Assembly: GCA_964016885.1 (NCBI GenBank)
Contig: OZ024741.1
Coordinates: 231,570,001-231,634,000, forward strand
DNA: 64,000 bases
Reading direction: 5' to 3'
Source of the DNA: Eledone cirrhosa
Lineage: Eukaryota
Below, piece by piece: positions 13,026 to 27,469 of the stretch. The notes under the pieces are model-generated. The model was given only the letters and a program-made list of their open reading frames with translations, was not told where the DNA came from and did no database searches. Within the stretch, counting starts at the first letter, position 1. Each line of letters opens with the position of its first letter. The translations under genes and the position numbers were made by a program.

Positions 13026-16000
13026 ATTACGTTGTGATTATAATATTTATAATAAGAAATTGAAAAATTAAATAAAAAATAAAAAATTAAATATGATAAA
13101 TTAAAAATCCAAATTAAAGATTAAAATTTGCCTTAATATTAAACATTTAATTTAATATTAATATTAACAATTAAAAATTAAAATTAAAACAGTAGTATTT
13201 ATATTATATTAAGATGTATTAGTAATAATATATTGGTTTATATGTATATGTTATGGATTATAAATTATTTAAATAAATATATAATATTTTTCAATAGAGA
13301 AAATCTATTATAGTTTCTTTTATTAAAGTAAGTTTGTATATCGTGACCATATACTATTGCTTATTGAAAATAATAATAATTGTGAAATAAATAGGAAAAG
13401 AAAAGAAATTATACAATTCTTTAATAGCGTTAATCTGAAAGTAGAAGTAGAGAATAATTCTGAAATAGTTAATATTTTAGATGTAAATTTAAACTTAATA
13501 CTGGTCGTTATTATCCATTTCAGAAAATCAATGAGAATTTAAATTATCGTAACTTTAATTCCAATCACCTCAGATACGTTAAAAACACTATTGTAAAGTC
13601 TGTGCAGCAACGTATTTCTAGAATTTCAGCGAATAAAATTATATTTGAAGATAAGGCACTATATTATAACGAAGCGTTAAGTAGAGCAGGCTATAGTAAT
13701 GAAATTAAATACATTGATAATAAGGATGTGCTAATTAACCATAACTATAAATATAATTATAACAGGAAACCTTGCACTAACTCAAAAATAAAAAGAAGAA
13801 ATAGAACTAGAAATATATTATGGTTCGCTCCCCCTTTCTAATAAGTATTAAAACTCCAATAGCTAAATTATTTTTTAAAGCTCTAGATAAGTGTTTTCCT
13901 AAGACACACAGGTATTACACAATCTTTAATAGACATACTATTAAACTCTCATATTCCACCACTATGACTTTAGCGCAGAATATTAATAGAATTAATAATA
14001 GAAACTTAAAACCTAACCAGAATAGCATTAATACCTCTAGCAATATCCAATATAATGTTACGGCTCCCAATAGTATATATTCAGATAAATGTAATTGTAG
14101 AAATAAATCTAACTGTCCTCTAAATAATAACTGTTTAGTTAAAAATATAGTATATAATTGTAATGTCAAAACCAATGAAAATACCTATTAACTATATCGG
14201 CTCTACTTCCACAGACTTCAAATCTCGTTTCAATAGCCATACATGTTCCTTTACGAATATTGGTAAAACATCTTCAAATTCTCTATCCAACTTATCATGG
14301 AACTTAAAATCCAAGAATATTAACTATTCATTATCTTGGGAAATTATCTCCAAAGCTCCATCATATACAGCTGTATCCAAAAATATTCTTTATACTAAAA
14401 AGTAAGAACTCTATTAATTTACGAAATAATTTATTTAGTTCTTGTAAACATCGTTTAAACTCAACTGTTAGATATATATATAAAATGTAATATATGGTTA
14501 ATCTGCTTTACATAATGTTTTCTATATCCAACCAACTACAACTTCATCCTTCAGATTATATCTATATATGATTCATATATATTTAATTTACTTTCTATTA
14601 TCTCTACCTCATAAATATACTTTATATTACTTATCAATAGATTATAACCTTTTTTATATGACTACTTGAAATTCTTTTAAGAAAGATTTTTCCTTGAAAG
14701 ACTTTCTGAAGATTTAGAAAATTATTTGAAAGTCCCTTTGAAAGATGTAGAAAAACCATTATTTTCATATCTTCCAATATTTTATATCGTCAAACAATTT
14801 TAATATATATATCCAAATATTTATATATATATATGTAGAATAAAATGATTTTTATATATATATGCGGAATACCCTATAGTTTATGTTTCAACTATATTCT
14901 AAACTTTGATAACAATTATGACTTCTTATAAAATAACCTATGGTTTATGTTTTAATTATATTCTTAAGATAAAATTGTTTAACTTTATAACATTCATGAC
15001 TTCTCATAAAAAATGTTTAAAAAATTAATAAAAAACATTTTTTTAAAAGGTTTTTTATATATCCTTGGAGTCATTTGAGTTCTTAAAAAATCACTTCTAA
15101 CTTCCTTTATACTTCCTTACTGGCTTTATAATATAATTAAATAGTTATTCCTTTGTAAACTCGTAAATTTTCATAAATTTACAATTATCTGGATGTTTAA
15201 GTTTTGACTTACAACAATTAATAAATATAATTTTGCCAAACTTACTTTAATAAAATAAACTATACTAGATTTTCTCTAATATAAAATACTATATATTTAT
15301 TTAAATAATTTATAATCCATAACATACACATATAAACTAATATATTATTACTAATATATCTTAATATAATATAAATACTTCTGTTTTGATTTTAATTTTT
15401 AATTTTTAATATTAATATTTAATTAAATTTTTAATATTAAGGTAAATTTTAATCTTTAATTTGGGGTTTTTCATTTTTAATTTTTAATTTAATTTTTCAA
15501 CTTATCATTATAAATATTATAATCACAACGTAATATTATTCTTCCACGTTAATCTTATTTCTTCTTTCACTTCTTCTTTCACTTAGATATATTTACGCTC
15601 TGTATATTTTTCCATTAATATTTATTTCTTCGTCCACTCTGACTATCTTCACTATCACTATGTATAATCGTTCTTTCTTGCCTCTTCATTCTTTCTCCTT
15701 CCTTTTCTTTTTTCTCTCTCCCTTACATATCATCTTCTTCCAACAGTTTAATTTAAATAAACCGTTATCTTTTCAACTTTTCGGACACTCATTTGCATAC
15801 TCACTCATAACTTTGTATTACCCCCAATACAATATTATCTCCACCATCCAGGAAGCTCTAACCGTTAAGGTTGTCTTTTTTCCGGTTATGTAAATATTTA
15901 TTTATAAAACAAATCAGTATTTTATCTGATGAAAGCGCACCGACATTTTGGTTGCCCTTGAAATATATATAACACAATAAATATGGTTTTATTATTATAG

Positions 16001-16110
16001 TTTCCATTTATTAATATATTGTGTATTTACTCCACTAACTTGTTGAGTGCTTTATATCAGTTATCAAAAATGTTTAAGCTTGTTGAATCCCGACAATTTA
16101 AATATAACCT
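13026..16110 (+). mobile_element. Degenerate 5'-truncated Naiad-type PLE (copy C) with inverted 5' arm and 3' HHR (15918-15979)
   Basis: ORF pieces 13357-14490 are homologous to the C-terminal half of the 737-aa ORF (RNILWFAPPF, CNCRNKSNCPLNNNCL, YIGSTSTDFKSRFNSH). 13026-13310 is inverted relative to 15270-15535. CTGATGA...GAAA tatata TA lies ~1.4 kb after the ORF. Confidence 0.88.
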
Positions 16111-16111
16111 C

Positions 16112-16178
<67 letters not shown>

Positions 16179-16198
16179 TAATATATTATATATATATA

Positions 16199-18887
16199 TG
16201 TAGTGACCTACATTCCGCGGGCTCACATACATTCTCTGTGCGTGATTTGGCTCAGTTCAGCCAATCAGCGCGAGTAGAAGAGGATGTATTCCTACGCGCC
16301 CTGAGGAAGAAATTCCCCGCGAAGATTTGAAGAATCTCTCTCTTGTACCGGAAACTTCAAGCCAGCAACACGCATAATGTAACAGTGAGATATTGCACCC
16401 CTAGCCTCGCCGGCTTAACGGCGCAATGGCACATTCCATTTTGTAACCTCTTTGTATCTGTAACTTCAACCATATAAATAAACATACATTCCATCTCTAA
16501 TTACTGCTGTTGGGGTCGTTGTTATGTTACTCGTGTCTCAATAACATCTTTAATCCATGCTGCTGGAATTGGCGACCTGACGAAAGGAATATTGTAAATA
16601 GATGGTAAATAGATCGAGGGACCTTCCCTCACGTCTATGTCAACAAGATAATCCAACGAGGATACTATCACTTACCACACTGACAAATAACGACCACTGA
16701 TTCTACCACTCTGCTAATGTGGCGACTACTCAATAACCCATAACTGCTAAAGTGGTGACCGACGTAAGAGTATCACGCAGCACTTCTTATTCATTCAGTT
16801 TAACTTTTATTGCCACGTCGCAACTTGCGAAAATCCAGAATATTCCTTTTAAGATTTTTGAAAAATTAGCAGTATTTCAAAAACTTTTTCGCCACGAAAA
16901 AATTTCAAGATGGCTACCGACATGTCATGGCTACGCTTGACAACAGCAATGACAGCAGCAGCGACAGCGTTGTTTAACCACTGACCAATACAGGGAACAG
17001 TGAGTGGCAGCTTCATAACCTTACCGACGCCAACCACCACACATCGGAAATTTCGAAACGGCTTGTAACTTTACCGACGCAACCACCATACCTTCTGTCT
17101 CGTTACCACAGGGACGCGAGAAATTGAGACAGTAGTTTTCTCACCATTATGGCGTCAGACGTGACTGCCATATTTGGTGACTCCTACTCTACAGAAGATT
17201 CTTTGACATTACTTTAACAATAAGCAACACTACCGTGTGGCGGGACGGTAAGGTGGCCACGAAATCTCACAAAAACACCATACATCTAACCCCCAACGGC
17301 ATTAACAAACTTCTTTTTCAGTTTTCAGATAGAACTAGTGTCTGTACACTGGTGATGTGTGAACTATTTGACTTTGAAAAACTTTGAACTTATTGAGAAA
17401 TTTCTCTGCTCCCTTAGATTGACTTTGAATTATCAGTTTGTTACATTCACATATTTCTTTGTAGAATGCATTTACTTGTTTTGTGCTCTTTTGCTATTTG
17501 CTTGCTCATGGTTTTTGTTCATTCACATTCTTTGCTGTTTTACATGCCTGCATATGCACACATTTTTTTTATCACACACCAACATGTTGTTCTTGGTATA
17601 TGTTCTTCAAACGTAATATTCTGCGAGTCCCTTTTCAACTGGTTGAGATGCTGTCACATGCTAGCAGCTCACAGGGCTTAATCCGCTGGGTTTAAGCAGG
17701 CACCGCAACACGAGAATTCTAATTGCAGCTGAACTCAAACAGCTTCGCATCTCGTTGCACACTGATCGTCCATGACGGCCATCCGTCTTGTTGTTTTTGC
17801 CCGACTCGCTGGGAAAGCAACAAATTGAACTGGACGTGCCAATATTTCAGCCACTTCTGTGGATTCGCCCGAATTATGGAATTTACACTGCAACCCACCT
17901 ACAGATTAAACTTGCCTTTTGTTCTTTACAAAGCAACCAGCCATTTTTTCCTGGCTCCACAGCACATTCGACAATACATCTGGGGGCCATCATTTTCTCG
18001 CCAGCACTGGTAAACTACCATAATAGCTTCGTTCACAGCTACTGGTACAACGCTTACCATTAACATTTAATGCAAGAACAGCAACTTCGCCCATGTCAGA
18101 CTTTATCCGTTTTTTGTTAGACCTTTGGCGGTCACGTATAAACAACAAAACAACTGGTCATTTGACACAGCGGCTCAACACGGCCCGTAGCGCCTTATTT
18201 TTTGTTCTTGCATGCAACCTTCTGCTCAATTATTTTTTCACTGATGTGCTCTTTCAGCATTTGTTCTTGCTGATTTAATATGTGGGTCCTTGGTTTCTTC
18301 GTTATCGATTTTCGGCTGAAAATCTGGTTGGAGGTGATGTAGTGACCTACATTCCGCGGGCTCACATACATTCTCTGTGCGTGATTTGGCTCAGTTCAGC
18401 CAATCAGCGCGAGTAGAAGAGGATGTATCCCTACGCGCCCTGAGGAAGAAATTCCCCGCGAAGATTTGAAGAATCTCTCTCTTGTACCGGAAACTTCAAG
18501 CCAGCAACCCGCATAATGTAAGAGTGAGATATTGCACCCCTAGCCTCGCCGGCTTAACGGCGCAATGGCACATTCCATTTTGTAACCTCTTTGTATCTGT
18601 AACTTCAACCATATAAATAAACATACATTCCATCTCTAATTACTGCTGTTGGGGTCGTTGTTATGTTACTCGTGTCTCAATAACATCTTTAATCCATGCT
18701 GCTGGAATTGGCGACCTGACGAAAGGAATATTGTAAATAGATGGTAAATAGATCGAGGGACCTTCCCTCACGTCTATGTCAACAAGATAATCCAACGAGG
18801 ATACTATCACTTACCACACTGACAACTAACGACCACTGATTCTAACACCCTGCTAAAGTGGCGATAGCATCTATAACCAATACCTGC

Positions 18888-18891
<4 letters not shown>
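16199..18891 (+). mobile_element. Non-autonomous LTR retrotransposon (Gypsy-like), inserted in (TA)n
   Basis: Direct repeats 16199-16751 and 18338-18891 (TGTAG...CTAAA). PBS tggtgaccgacgt at 16753-16765 resembles the tRNA-Trp 3' complement TGGTGACCCCGACGT. Purine-rich ggttggaggtga precedes the 3' LTR. No gag/pol ORF. Confidence 0.85.
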
Positions 18892-18961
<70 letters not shown>

Positions 18962-18964
18962 TAC

Positions 18965-19069
<105 letters not shown>

Positions 19070-19137
19070 TATATTATATATATATATATATATTAATATA
19101 TTATATATATATATATATATATATTAATATATTATAT

Positions 19138-19170
<33 letters not shown>

Positions 19171-19249
19171 CAATATATCTATAATATATATATATAATAG
19201 ATATATATATATAAATATATATATACAATATATCTATAATATATATATC

Positions 19250-19312
<63 letters not shown>

Positions 19313-19388
19313 ATATCTATAATATATATATAATATATATATATACAATATATATAATATATATATATATAATATAAATATATGTATA

Positions 19389-19419
<31 letters not shown>

Positions 19420-19611
19420 CATATATATTTATATATATATGTGTATACTATATATATATAATATATATATATAATATAGTAATAAGAATATTTTTATTCA
19501 TGTATATTTGATACAACTATAAATAAGGAGAGTAGTACTGAGTACTAACCATTTACCGGTCTGACAAAAGGCCCAATGCAAATTTTCAAGTGATTTACAG
19601 AGCCGAGATGC

Positions 19612-20270
19612 AAATTGTTACAACGATGAAATTTTAGTTTAGAACATTTATTTCCTGATAATTGGTTCTTCCAGAGGGAAGTCTGGATTGAGCGGAGCAT
19701 AGAGAATGTCGAAGCATGTAACTAAAATCCATCATTGTACAACAATTTTCCTTCTTGTAACTTTTTTTCGTTCTTGTATTTTTTCCCTAAATATTTATTT
19801 TGCTTGTGCTATTTCGCTTATACATCTTACTCTCTCAAACAGTGCAGCTTGTAATCGGGTTCTTTCAAGCAACACATATGTTTAACTGCTGACTCTCCAC
19901 ATGATGCCTTGGACACTAAAAACAATAATTGTTTCAACTTTAGGCACAAGGCCAGCAATTACCCAGTGCATTACTGGTACTTTATTTTATCGACCCCGTA
20001 AGGATGAAAGGCAAAGTCAATCTCAGCGGGATTTGAACTCAGAACGTAAAGGGACGTAACTATGCTGGAAAGCATGGCGTCCAGCCCTCTACTGATACTG
20101 CCAATCCTCCGACTCTAAAAACAATAATGTACCCTAAAAGTTCTAAATGACTAAGAATTTAGTTATATGTTTGAGAATTCCCTACGCTCCGATGAATCCA
20201 GAATTCTCTCTGGAAGAAACAATTGTCAGCAAATAAATGTTCTAAACTAAAATTCAATCATTATAACACT
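19612..20270. repeat. Diverged inverted repeat pair (~115 bp) enclosing a SINE
   Basis: tgttacaacgatgaattttagtttagaacatttattt...atgtaactaaa versus tttagttatat...aaataaatgttctaaactaaaattcaatcattataaca. Confidence 0.65.
19922..20113 (-). mobile_element. tRNA-derived SINE (Octopus-type), near full length
   Basis: Minus-strand B box gagttcaaatccc and A-box-like tggcagtatcag, with the same body as 6604-6740. Confidence 0.8.
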
Positions 20271-20276
20271 TTGTAG

Positions 20277-20379
<103 letters not shown>

Positions 20380-21689
20380 ATATATATGTAATATAATATA
20401 TATATATATATAATATATATATAATACATATATATAGATATAATATATTTGCCCTACGGTTCTTATATATTTGATATATATTTATCCTTATCGAGCCCTC
20501 TTTGGATATTAGTCTTCCATTTTATTATTATTACTATAGATATAATAAATATATATAGTATATATATATAATATATATATATATAATATATATATAATAT
20601 ATCATATGTATATATAAAATATATATAATATATAATATATATTTATTATATATATATCATACATATATATATATATATATGTATAATATATATATAATAT
20701 GTATATATAATATATATATATATGATATATATATCACATATAATATATATATAATATACAATATATATTTATTATATATATAATATATATATATATATAA
20801 TAAATATATATATATACAATATATATATAATATATATATATATATAGTATATATAATATATATATATGTATAATATGTATAATATATATAATATATATTT
20901 ATATAATATAAATATATAAATATAAACATATATATATGTATATATATAATATATATAATATATAATATAATTATATAATATATATATATAATTTATTTAT
21001 ATATAATTTATTTATATATATATATAATATATATATATATATATACATCATATATATATAATTATATATAATATATATATATATATAACTATATATATAA
21101 TATATATATAATATATATATAATATATAATATATATATATATAATATATATATAATATATATATGTATAATACATATATATAGATACAATATATATATAT
21201 ATATATAATATATATATAAATAGTATATATATAAATATATAATACATATATATACTATATAATATATATAATTTATATATATAATATATAAGAAGGAAAG
21301 AAATGTGGTAAGGAACAAGGTGGACCATACCGCACCAACGTACTAAATAATTAGGGTAGTAGAGTGGGTAATAGGAACGAGTAGGACCCCGACGGCTGAG
21401 CTCAAGCCGTTTCGACGGCTAATTCTGGACTCAATTAGCCGTCAAATTAGCCGTCGAAACGGCTTGCGCTCAGCCGTCGGGGTCCTACTCGTACCTAATA
21501 TATAATATATATATATATAATATATATATAATAAATAATATATATTTATTATATATATATAATCCATATATATATATAATATATAATATATATATCATAT
21601 ATATATAATATATAATATATATATAATATATATATAATATAAAATAAATATTTATTAAATATATATAATAGATATATATATATAATATA

Positions 21690-22500
21690 AGAAATTGGAA
21701 TAAATGCTCTGAAATAACGATATATATGTGAAGATAGACATAGAATATTCGAAAATATTCTGTATGTTTATAATAAACATTTTGAAGACCTAATCGCTAT
21801 AAAATAGAATACGTCGCGTAAAATGTTTATTATAAACATACAGAATATTTTCGAATATTCTATGTCTATCTTCACATATATATCGCTATTTCAGAGCTTT
21901 TATTCCAATTTCTAATTTCTGCCGGACCGGCAACCGCTCTTTCAAACCAGTTCCTGTACACAGCTAAGTATTCTATAAGTCTCTAGATGTGTCATTCTCG
22001 ATAAAAGCACTGGATATGTAATCCTGAAGATTTCTAATAAGAATGAAACGCGTAGGTTACTTCCCTTGCTTTTATCGAGAATCTAATTGTAATACGTGAC
22101 GTATTCTATTCTATAGCGATTAGGTCTTCAAAATGTTTATTATAAACATACAGAATATTTTCGAATATTCTATGTCTATCTTCACATATATATCGCTATT
22201 TCAGAGCATTTATTCCAATTTCTAATTTCTGCCGGACCGGCAACCGCTCTTTCAAACCAGTTCCTGTACACAGCTAAGTATTCTATAAGTCTCTAGCTGT
22301 GTCATTCTCGATAAAAGCACTGGATATGTAATCCTGAAGATTTCTAATAAGAATGAAACGCGTAGGTTACTTCCCTTGCTTTTATCGAGAATCTAATTGT
22401 AATACGTGACGTATTCTATTCTATAGCGATTATGTCTTCAAAATGTTTATTATAAACATACAGAATATTTTCGAATATTCTATGTCTATCTTCATATATA
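21690..22500 (+). repeat. Second R1 retrozyme array (~2.2 x 310 bp) with inverted 5' arm
   Basis: HHRs at 22018-22060 and 22328-22370 (+). 21690-21820 is in the opposite orientation. Confidence 0.92.
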
Positions 22501-22567
22501 ATATAGTAATTGTTTCTACTTTAGACACAAGACCAGCAATTACCCAGTGCATAACTGAAATTATATA

Positions 22568-22633
<66 letters not shown>

Positions 22634-22879
22634 TATATAATATATATATAATATATATATAATATATAATATATATATATATAATATATATATAATATAT
22701 ATAGGTAAAATATATATGTATAGTATATATATATATAATATATATATTTTATATAATATATATATAATATATATATAATATATATATTATATAATATATA
22801 TATAATATATATATATTATATAATATATATATAATATATATATTATATAATATATATATATAATATAGTAATAATAATA

Positions 22880-24440
22880 AAGTTGATGACTAAAATACAA
22901 AGAGGGCTCGATAAGGATAAATATATATCAAATATATAAGAAGCGTAGTGCAAATATTTATTAAAATAACAGATTAAAATTTAAGCAAAGAATCGCTGCT
23001 TTCACTTTTAACGGGATCTTCTGAAACTAACAAAGTCAACCTGTGATCGCAGAACTGAACATTTTAAAAAAACGGTGCAACGGGAGGAAAACAGGAAGAC
23101 GATACTTTCGTCCGTCGACACGTTCCCTGGCAAAGAACGGGAAAAACGAATATAATACGTCATTATTTAGAGCGGTGAAAAACAATTACACGCACAGACA
23201 GAACCACGTTTATGATATAAAAGAGGTCGTAGACTAATATTCTCTCAGGTGGTACATAGAGACGTTCTCTGGTAATGAACGGAAAAAACGTAGATATTAC
23301 GTCATATGTGGAGCGTGGAGAACAATTGCACTCAAAGACAAAACCACAATTGGTATAACTGAAGTCGTAAACTAAAATTCTAACTAGGTAACCGAATGAT
23401 TCTCCCCTTCAGAGTTAAGGATAAAGTAAATTAAATACAGAGGTAATTGAAATTAAATAAATACATACACGGATCCATATACGTATATACACAAGCATAC
23501 GCGAAAACATTCGCCATAGTTATACAAATACAAGCACATATAAATATGTGTGTTTGTGTGCGTGTATACAATTAATTAAATAAACGTATATAAATAAATA
23601 AATACCTATATAACAAGCGCACACACATACCTACATGTAAATACACAAATGTTCGGAGACCAACGTCAACCAAAATACGAAGTACACATATACACACACC
23701 CTACATAAGTACGAACCCGAATACTCACACAGACGCAAAACACACGTATACACATAACCAAACGCATATGTACCAGAATATATAAAATATACGCCATAAC
23801 ATATACAATCAAATATACGTACGAGAACGTATACGTACCTTCACAAAACATACAGGTAATATATACTTACCTATGCAAATAAGTAATGGTATAAACATAA
23901 AATATACTTAGCTACCACATCGATACGTAAAATATCCGCGTATAGATCGTACTATAACGTTAGGGTATAATTTGGGGCTGTAATACAGGAAGGTTTTGTG
24001 CAATTTATGTTTACGAGCCGAAATTGCCTCCGATTTTTGTTTAAGATGTGGTCTGTGGCGTAGAGTATTTCCAGGGCCTCAGCGGCGCAGAGGTCACGTG
24101 GTATTTTATTTAAGTTATACGATCTAGCCCTTGCTAGGATCTCCCCGTGTAACTTAAATTGGGTGTGGTTGTCTTTTAGACTCCAGATATAAGCTGAAAG
24201 AGACGCCATATTCCTTCTTAGAGCGTAACAAAAAGAATGGGTATGCATGTAAAGACACTCCTTGAATCTATTGCCGGTTAACCCTATGTAGGCCCTACGG
24301 GACGTGGGTGTTTCAACCTTACATTTGTAGACAATGTTACGTGTTCCTACGGCTAGGTAGTTTAGCTAAATTTGAAGCTGTGATGTTATGTGCAAGGTTA
24401 GGAGTCGTAGAGTAAGAAATGTTAATAGTATTTCTATTAA
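22880..24440 (-). mobile_element. 5'-truncated Naiad-type PLE (copy D): GIY-YIG remnant at ~23950-24350 plus 3' UTR
   Basis: NIVYKCKV...YIGLTGNRFKE...HTHSF...SLSAYIWSLK...DLCAAE. The 3' UTR recurs in fold-back form at 32865-33860. Confidence 0.8.
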
Positions 24441-24464
24441 AAATGTTAATATATTTATGTGTAG

Positions 24465-24870
24465 TGTGTGTTTATATTTGTTTATTTATTTGTTTATTTA
24501 CATGTTACAGGTTGGTTGTTTGTTCTATGTGTGTGTGTGTGTGTTTTCATTTTGTCCTTAATTGTAAGTTGTAATGTTGCTATTCCATTCATGTTTTCTA
24601 TTTAATTTTGGTTGGAGTTCATTTATGTTTATTGCCTCTGTGATTTGTCTAAACATTGCGTCTTTTTTGTGTGTAGATTCTATTTTTATTTCTATGTTGT
24701 CTAATTTACCCTTATGTTCCCTTTTAGCATGTTGGTAGTGTACAGATAATTCTTGACTATCTTGAAGGTCTCGTCAGTGTTCATTTATCCGTTACCCTAT
24801 ACTACGCACTGTCTCACCTATGTACACTATATTCTTATCTCTACATTAACCTTCAGTACATCTTATGCTA
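24465..24870 (-). pseudogene. Family P GIY-YIG 3' fragment
   Basis: Reverse complement of about 1520-1900. Confidence 0.8.
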
Positions 24871-24886
24871 TATACTGTATATATAT

Positions 24887-24932
<46 letters not shown>

Positions 24933-24935
<3 letters not shown>

Positions 24936-25480
24936 GATATTAAATAAATGGAAACTATATTTATGAAACCATATTTATTTCATTATACATATTTCAGGGA
25001 TACCAAATTAAAATATGGTATGCCTCATCAGACAAAATACAATATATAACAGTTTTACAAATAAACGTTGACGTACCCTTTTAAAATGCGACCATTATTT
25101 TTGGAGGCTATCTGGATAGTGAATTGTTTATATTATTTTAATAAGTCTTATTGTCCTTAACACTGAGACTTATGCGACTATTATTTTTGGAAGCTGTCTG
25201 GATAGCTATCCAGACAGCTTCCAAAAATAATGGTCGCATCTAATAGGGTACGTCAAAATTACTTATAAAACTGTTTATATATTGTATTTTGTCTGATGAA
25301 GGCATACCATATTTTAATTTGGTATCCCTGAAATATGTATAATGAAATAAATATGGTTTTATAAATATAGTTTCCATTTATTTAATATCGTATATCTACT
25401 CCAAAAACTTGTCGAGTGCTTTATATCAGTTATAAAATATTTACTTGTTGTATCCCAACAATTTTAATTAGAACTTTTGT
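24933..25480. mobile_element. Second Naiad-A pLTR fold-back with HHRs at 24976-25039(-) and 25285-25349(+)
   Basis: Same arms and same central aataagtcttattgtccttaacactgagacttat as 8625-9155. Confidence 0.85.
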
Positions 25481-26085
25481 ATATATATATATATATATAA
25501 ATTGAAACAAAATGAAAACGAAATTTCATTTCTCACTCTTAGTATGGCACTTACTTAAATGTAAGTATGCATGTATACGTACATACATATATGTATACAG
25601 ACGTACAGTAGCATGCACATATATATATATATATATATATACATATACATATGCATACAGGTACACATACATATATGCACGTATCAGTTTAGCGGCGCTT
25701 ATTATAACGTCGCTTTGTTCGTTTGTAAACAAACTGAACAGCCTGAATTTATGCCATACGGTGTTAAGGCAACCACGTCACCTTTTTGTTCAACACTGAC
25801 ACAGGAACGATGTACTAGTTTCAAGCTTGTTAGCTATCATCAGCACCGTTTACCCATCTGCCAGATAGTTGAACGTTTGAAAGTATATACTTTCCTTATG
25901 AAAATTAACGGCTGAGCAGCCTAATTTGCATATTGAGTGAGTTAAATCGGTCAGGCATACCGAAAACGATAAATTGAAACAAAATGAGAACGAAATTTCA
26001 TTTCTCACTCTTAGTATGGCACTTACTTAAATGTAAGTATGCATGTATACGTACATACATATATGTATACAGACGTACAGTAGCA

Positions 26086-26171
<86 letters not shown>

Positions 26172-26628
26172 CATATGCATACAGGTACACATACATATAT
26201 GCACGTATCAGTTTAGCGGCGCTTATTATAACGTCGCTTTGTTCGTTTTTAAACAAACTGAACAGCCTGAATTTATGCCATACGGTGTTAAGGCAACCAC
26301 GTCACCTTTTTGTTCAACACTGACACAGGAACGATGTACTAGTTTCAAGCTTGTTAGCTATCATCAGCACCGAACAAAGCGACGTTATAATAAGCGCCGC
26401 TAAACTGATACGTGCATATATGTATGTGTACCTGTATGCATATGTATATGTATATATATATATATATATGTGCATGCTACTGTACGTCTGTATACATATA
26501 TGTATGTACGTATACATGCATACTTACATTTAAGTAAGTGCCATATTAAGAGTGAGAAATGAAATTTCGTTTTCATTTTGTTTCAATTTATCGTTTTCGG
26601 TATGCCTGACCGATTTAACTCACTCAAT

Positions 26629-26676
26629 ATGCAAATTAGGCTGCTCAGCCGTTAATTTTCATAAGGAAAGTATATA
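26629..26676 (+). promoter_or_regulatory. Octamer (ATGCAAAT), conserved spacer and TATA-like block upstream of the R2 HHR (putative snRNA-type promoter)
   Basis: ATGCAAAT at 26629-26636 and tatata at 26671-26676. The block is conserved in R2b (52713, ~53160, ~53585) and R3 (49303, ~49769). Function is inferred only. Confidence 0.45.
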
Positions 26677-26709
26677 CTTTCGAACGTTCAACTATCTGGC
26701 AGATGGGTA

Positions 26710-26754
26710 AACGGTGCTGATGATAGCTAACAAGCTTGAAACTAGTACATCGTT
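26710..26754 (+). ncRNA. Minimal type-I hammerhead ribozyme (R2)
   Basis: aacggtg CTGATGA tagct-aaca-agctt GAAA CTAG TA catcgtt. Stem I is extended by ctggca/tgtcag and gttcaac/gttgaac. Confidence 0.93.
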
Positions 26755-27469
26755 CCTGTGTCAGTGTTGAACAAAAAGGTGACGTGGTTGCCTTAACACC
26801 GTATGGCATAAATTCAGGCTGTTCAGTTTGTTTACAAACGAACAAAGCGACGTCATAATAAGCGCCGCTAAACTGATACGTGCATATATGTATGTGTACC
26901 TGTATGCATATGTATATGTATATATATATATATGTGCATGCTACTGTACGTCTGTATACATATATGTATGTACGTATACATGCATACTTACATTTAAGTA
27001 AGTGCCATACTAAGAGTGAGAAATGAAATTACGTTTTCATTTTGTTTCAATTTATCGTTTTCGGTATGCCTGACCGATTTAACTCACTCAATATGCAAAT
27101 TAGGCTGCTCAGCCGTTAATTTTCATAAGGAAAGTATATACTTTCGAACGTTCAACTATCTGGCAGATGGGTAAACGGTGCTGATGATTGCTAACAAGCT
27201 TGAAACTAGTACTTCGTTCCTGTGTCAGTGTTGAACAAAAAGGTGACGTGGTTGCCTTAACACCGTATGGCATAAATTCAGACTGTTCAGTTTGTTTACA
27301 AACGAACAAAGCGACGTTATAATAAGCGCCGCTAAACTGATACGTGCATATATGTATGTGTACCTGTATGCATATGTATATGTATATATATATATATGTG
27401 CATGCTACTGTACGTCTGTATACATATATGTATGTACGTATACATGCATACTTACATATATATATATTT

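Larger units (their letters stand above)
25497..27457. repeat. Retrozyme-like array R2 (~465-bp units), two arms inverted at ~26372
   Basis: HHRs at 25806-25850(-), 26330-26372(-), 26710-26754(+) and 27174-27218(+). Confidence 0.92.

Noticed and set aside
17359-18278. Short ORFs inside the LTR element as gag/integrase
   Set aside because: No recognisable gag, protease, RT or DDE motifs; a minus-strand NDGPQ is not followed by integrase context.
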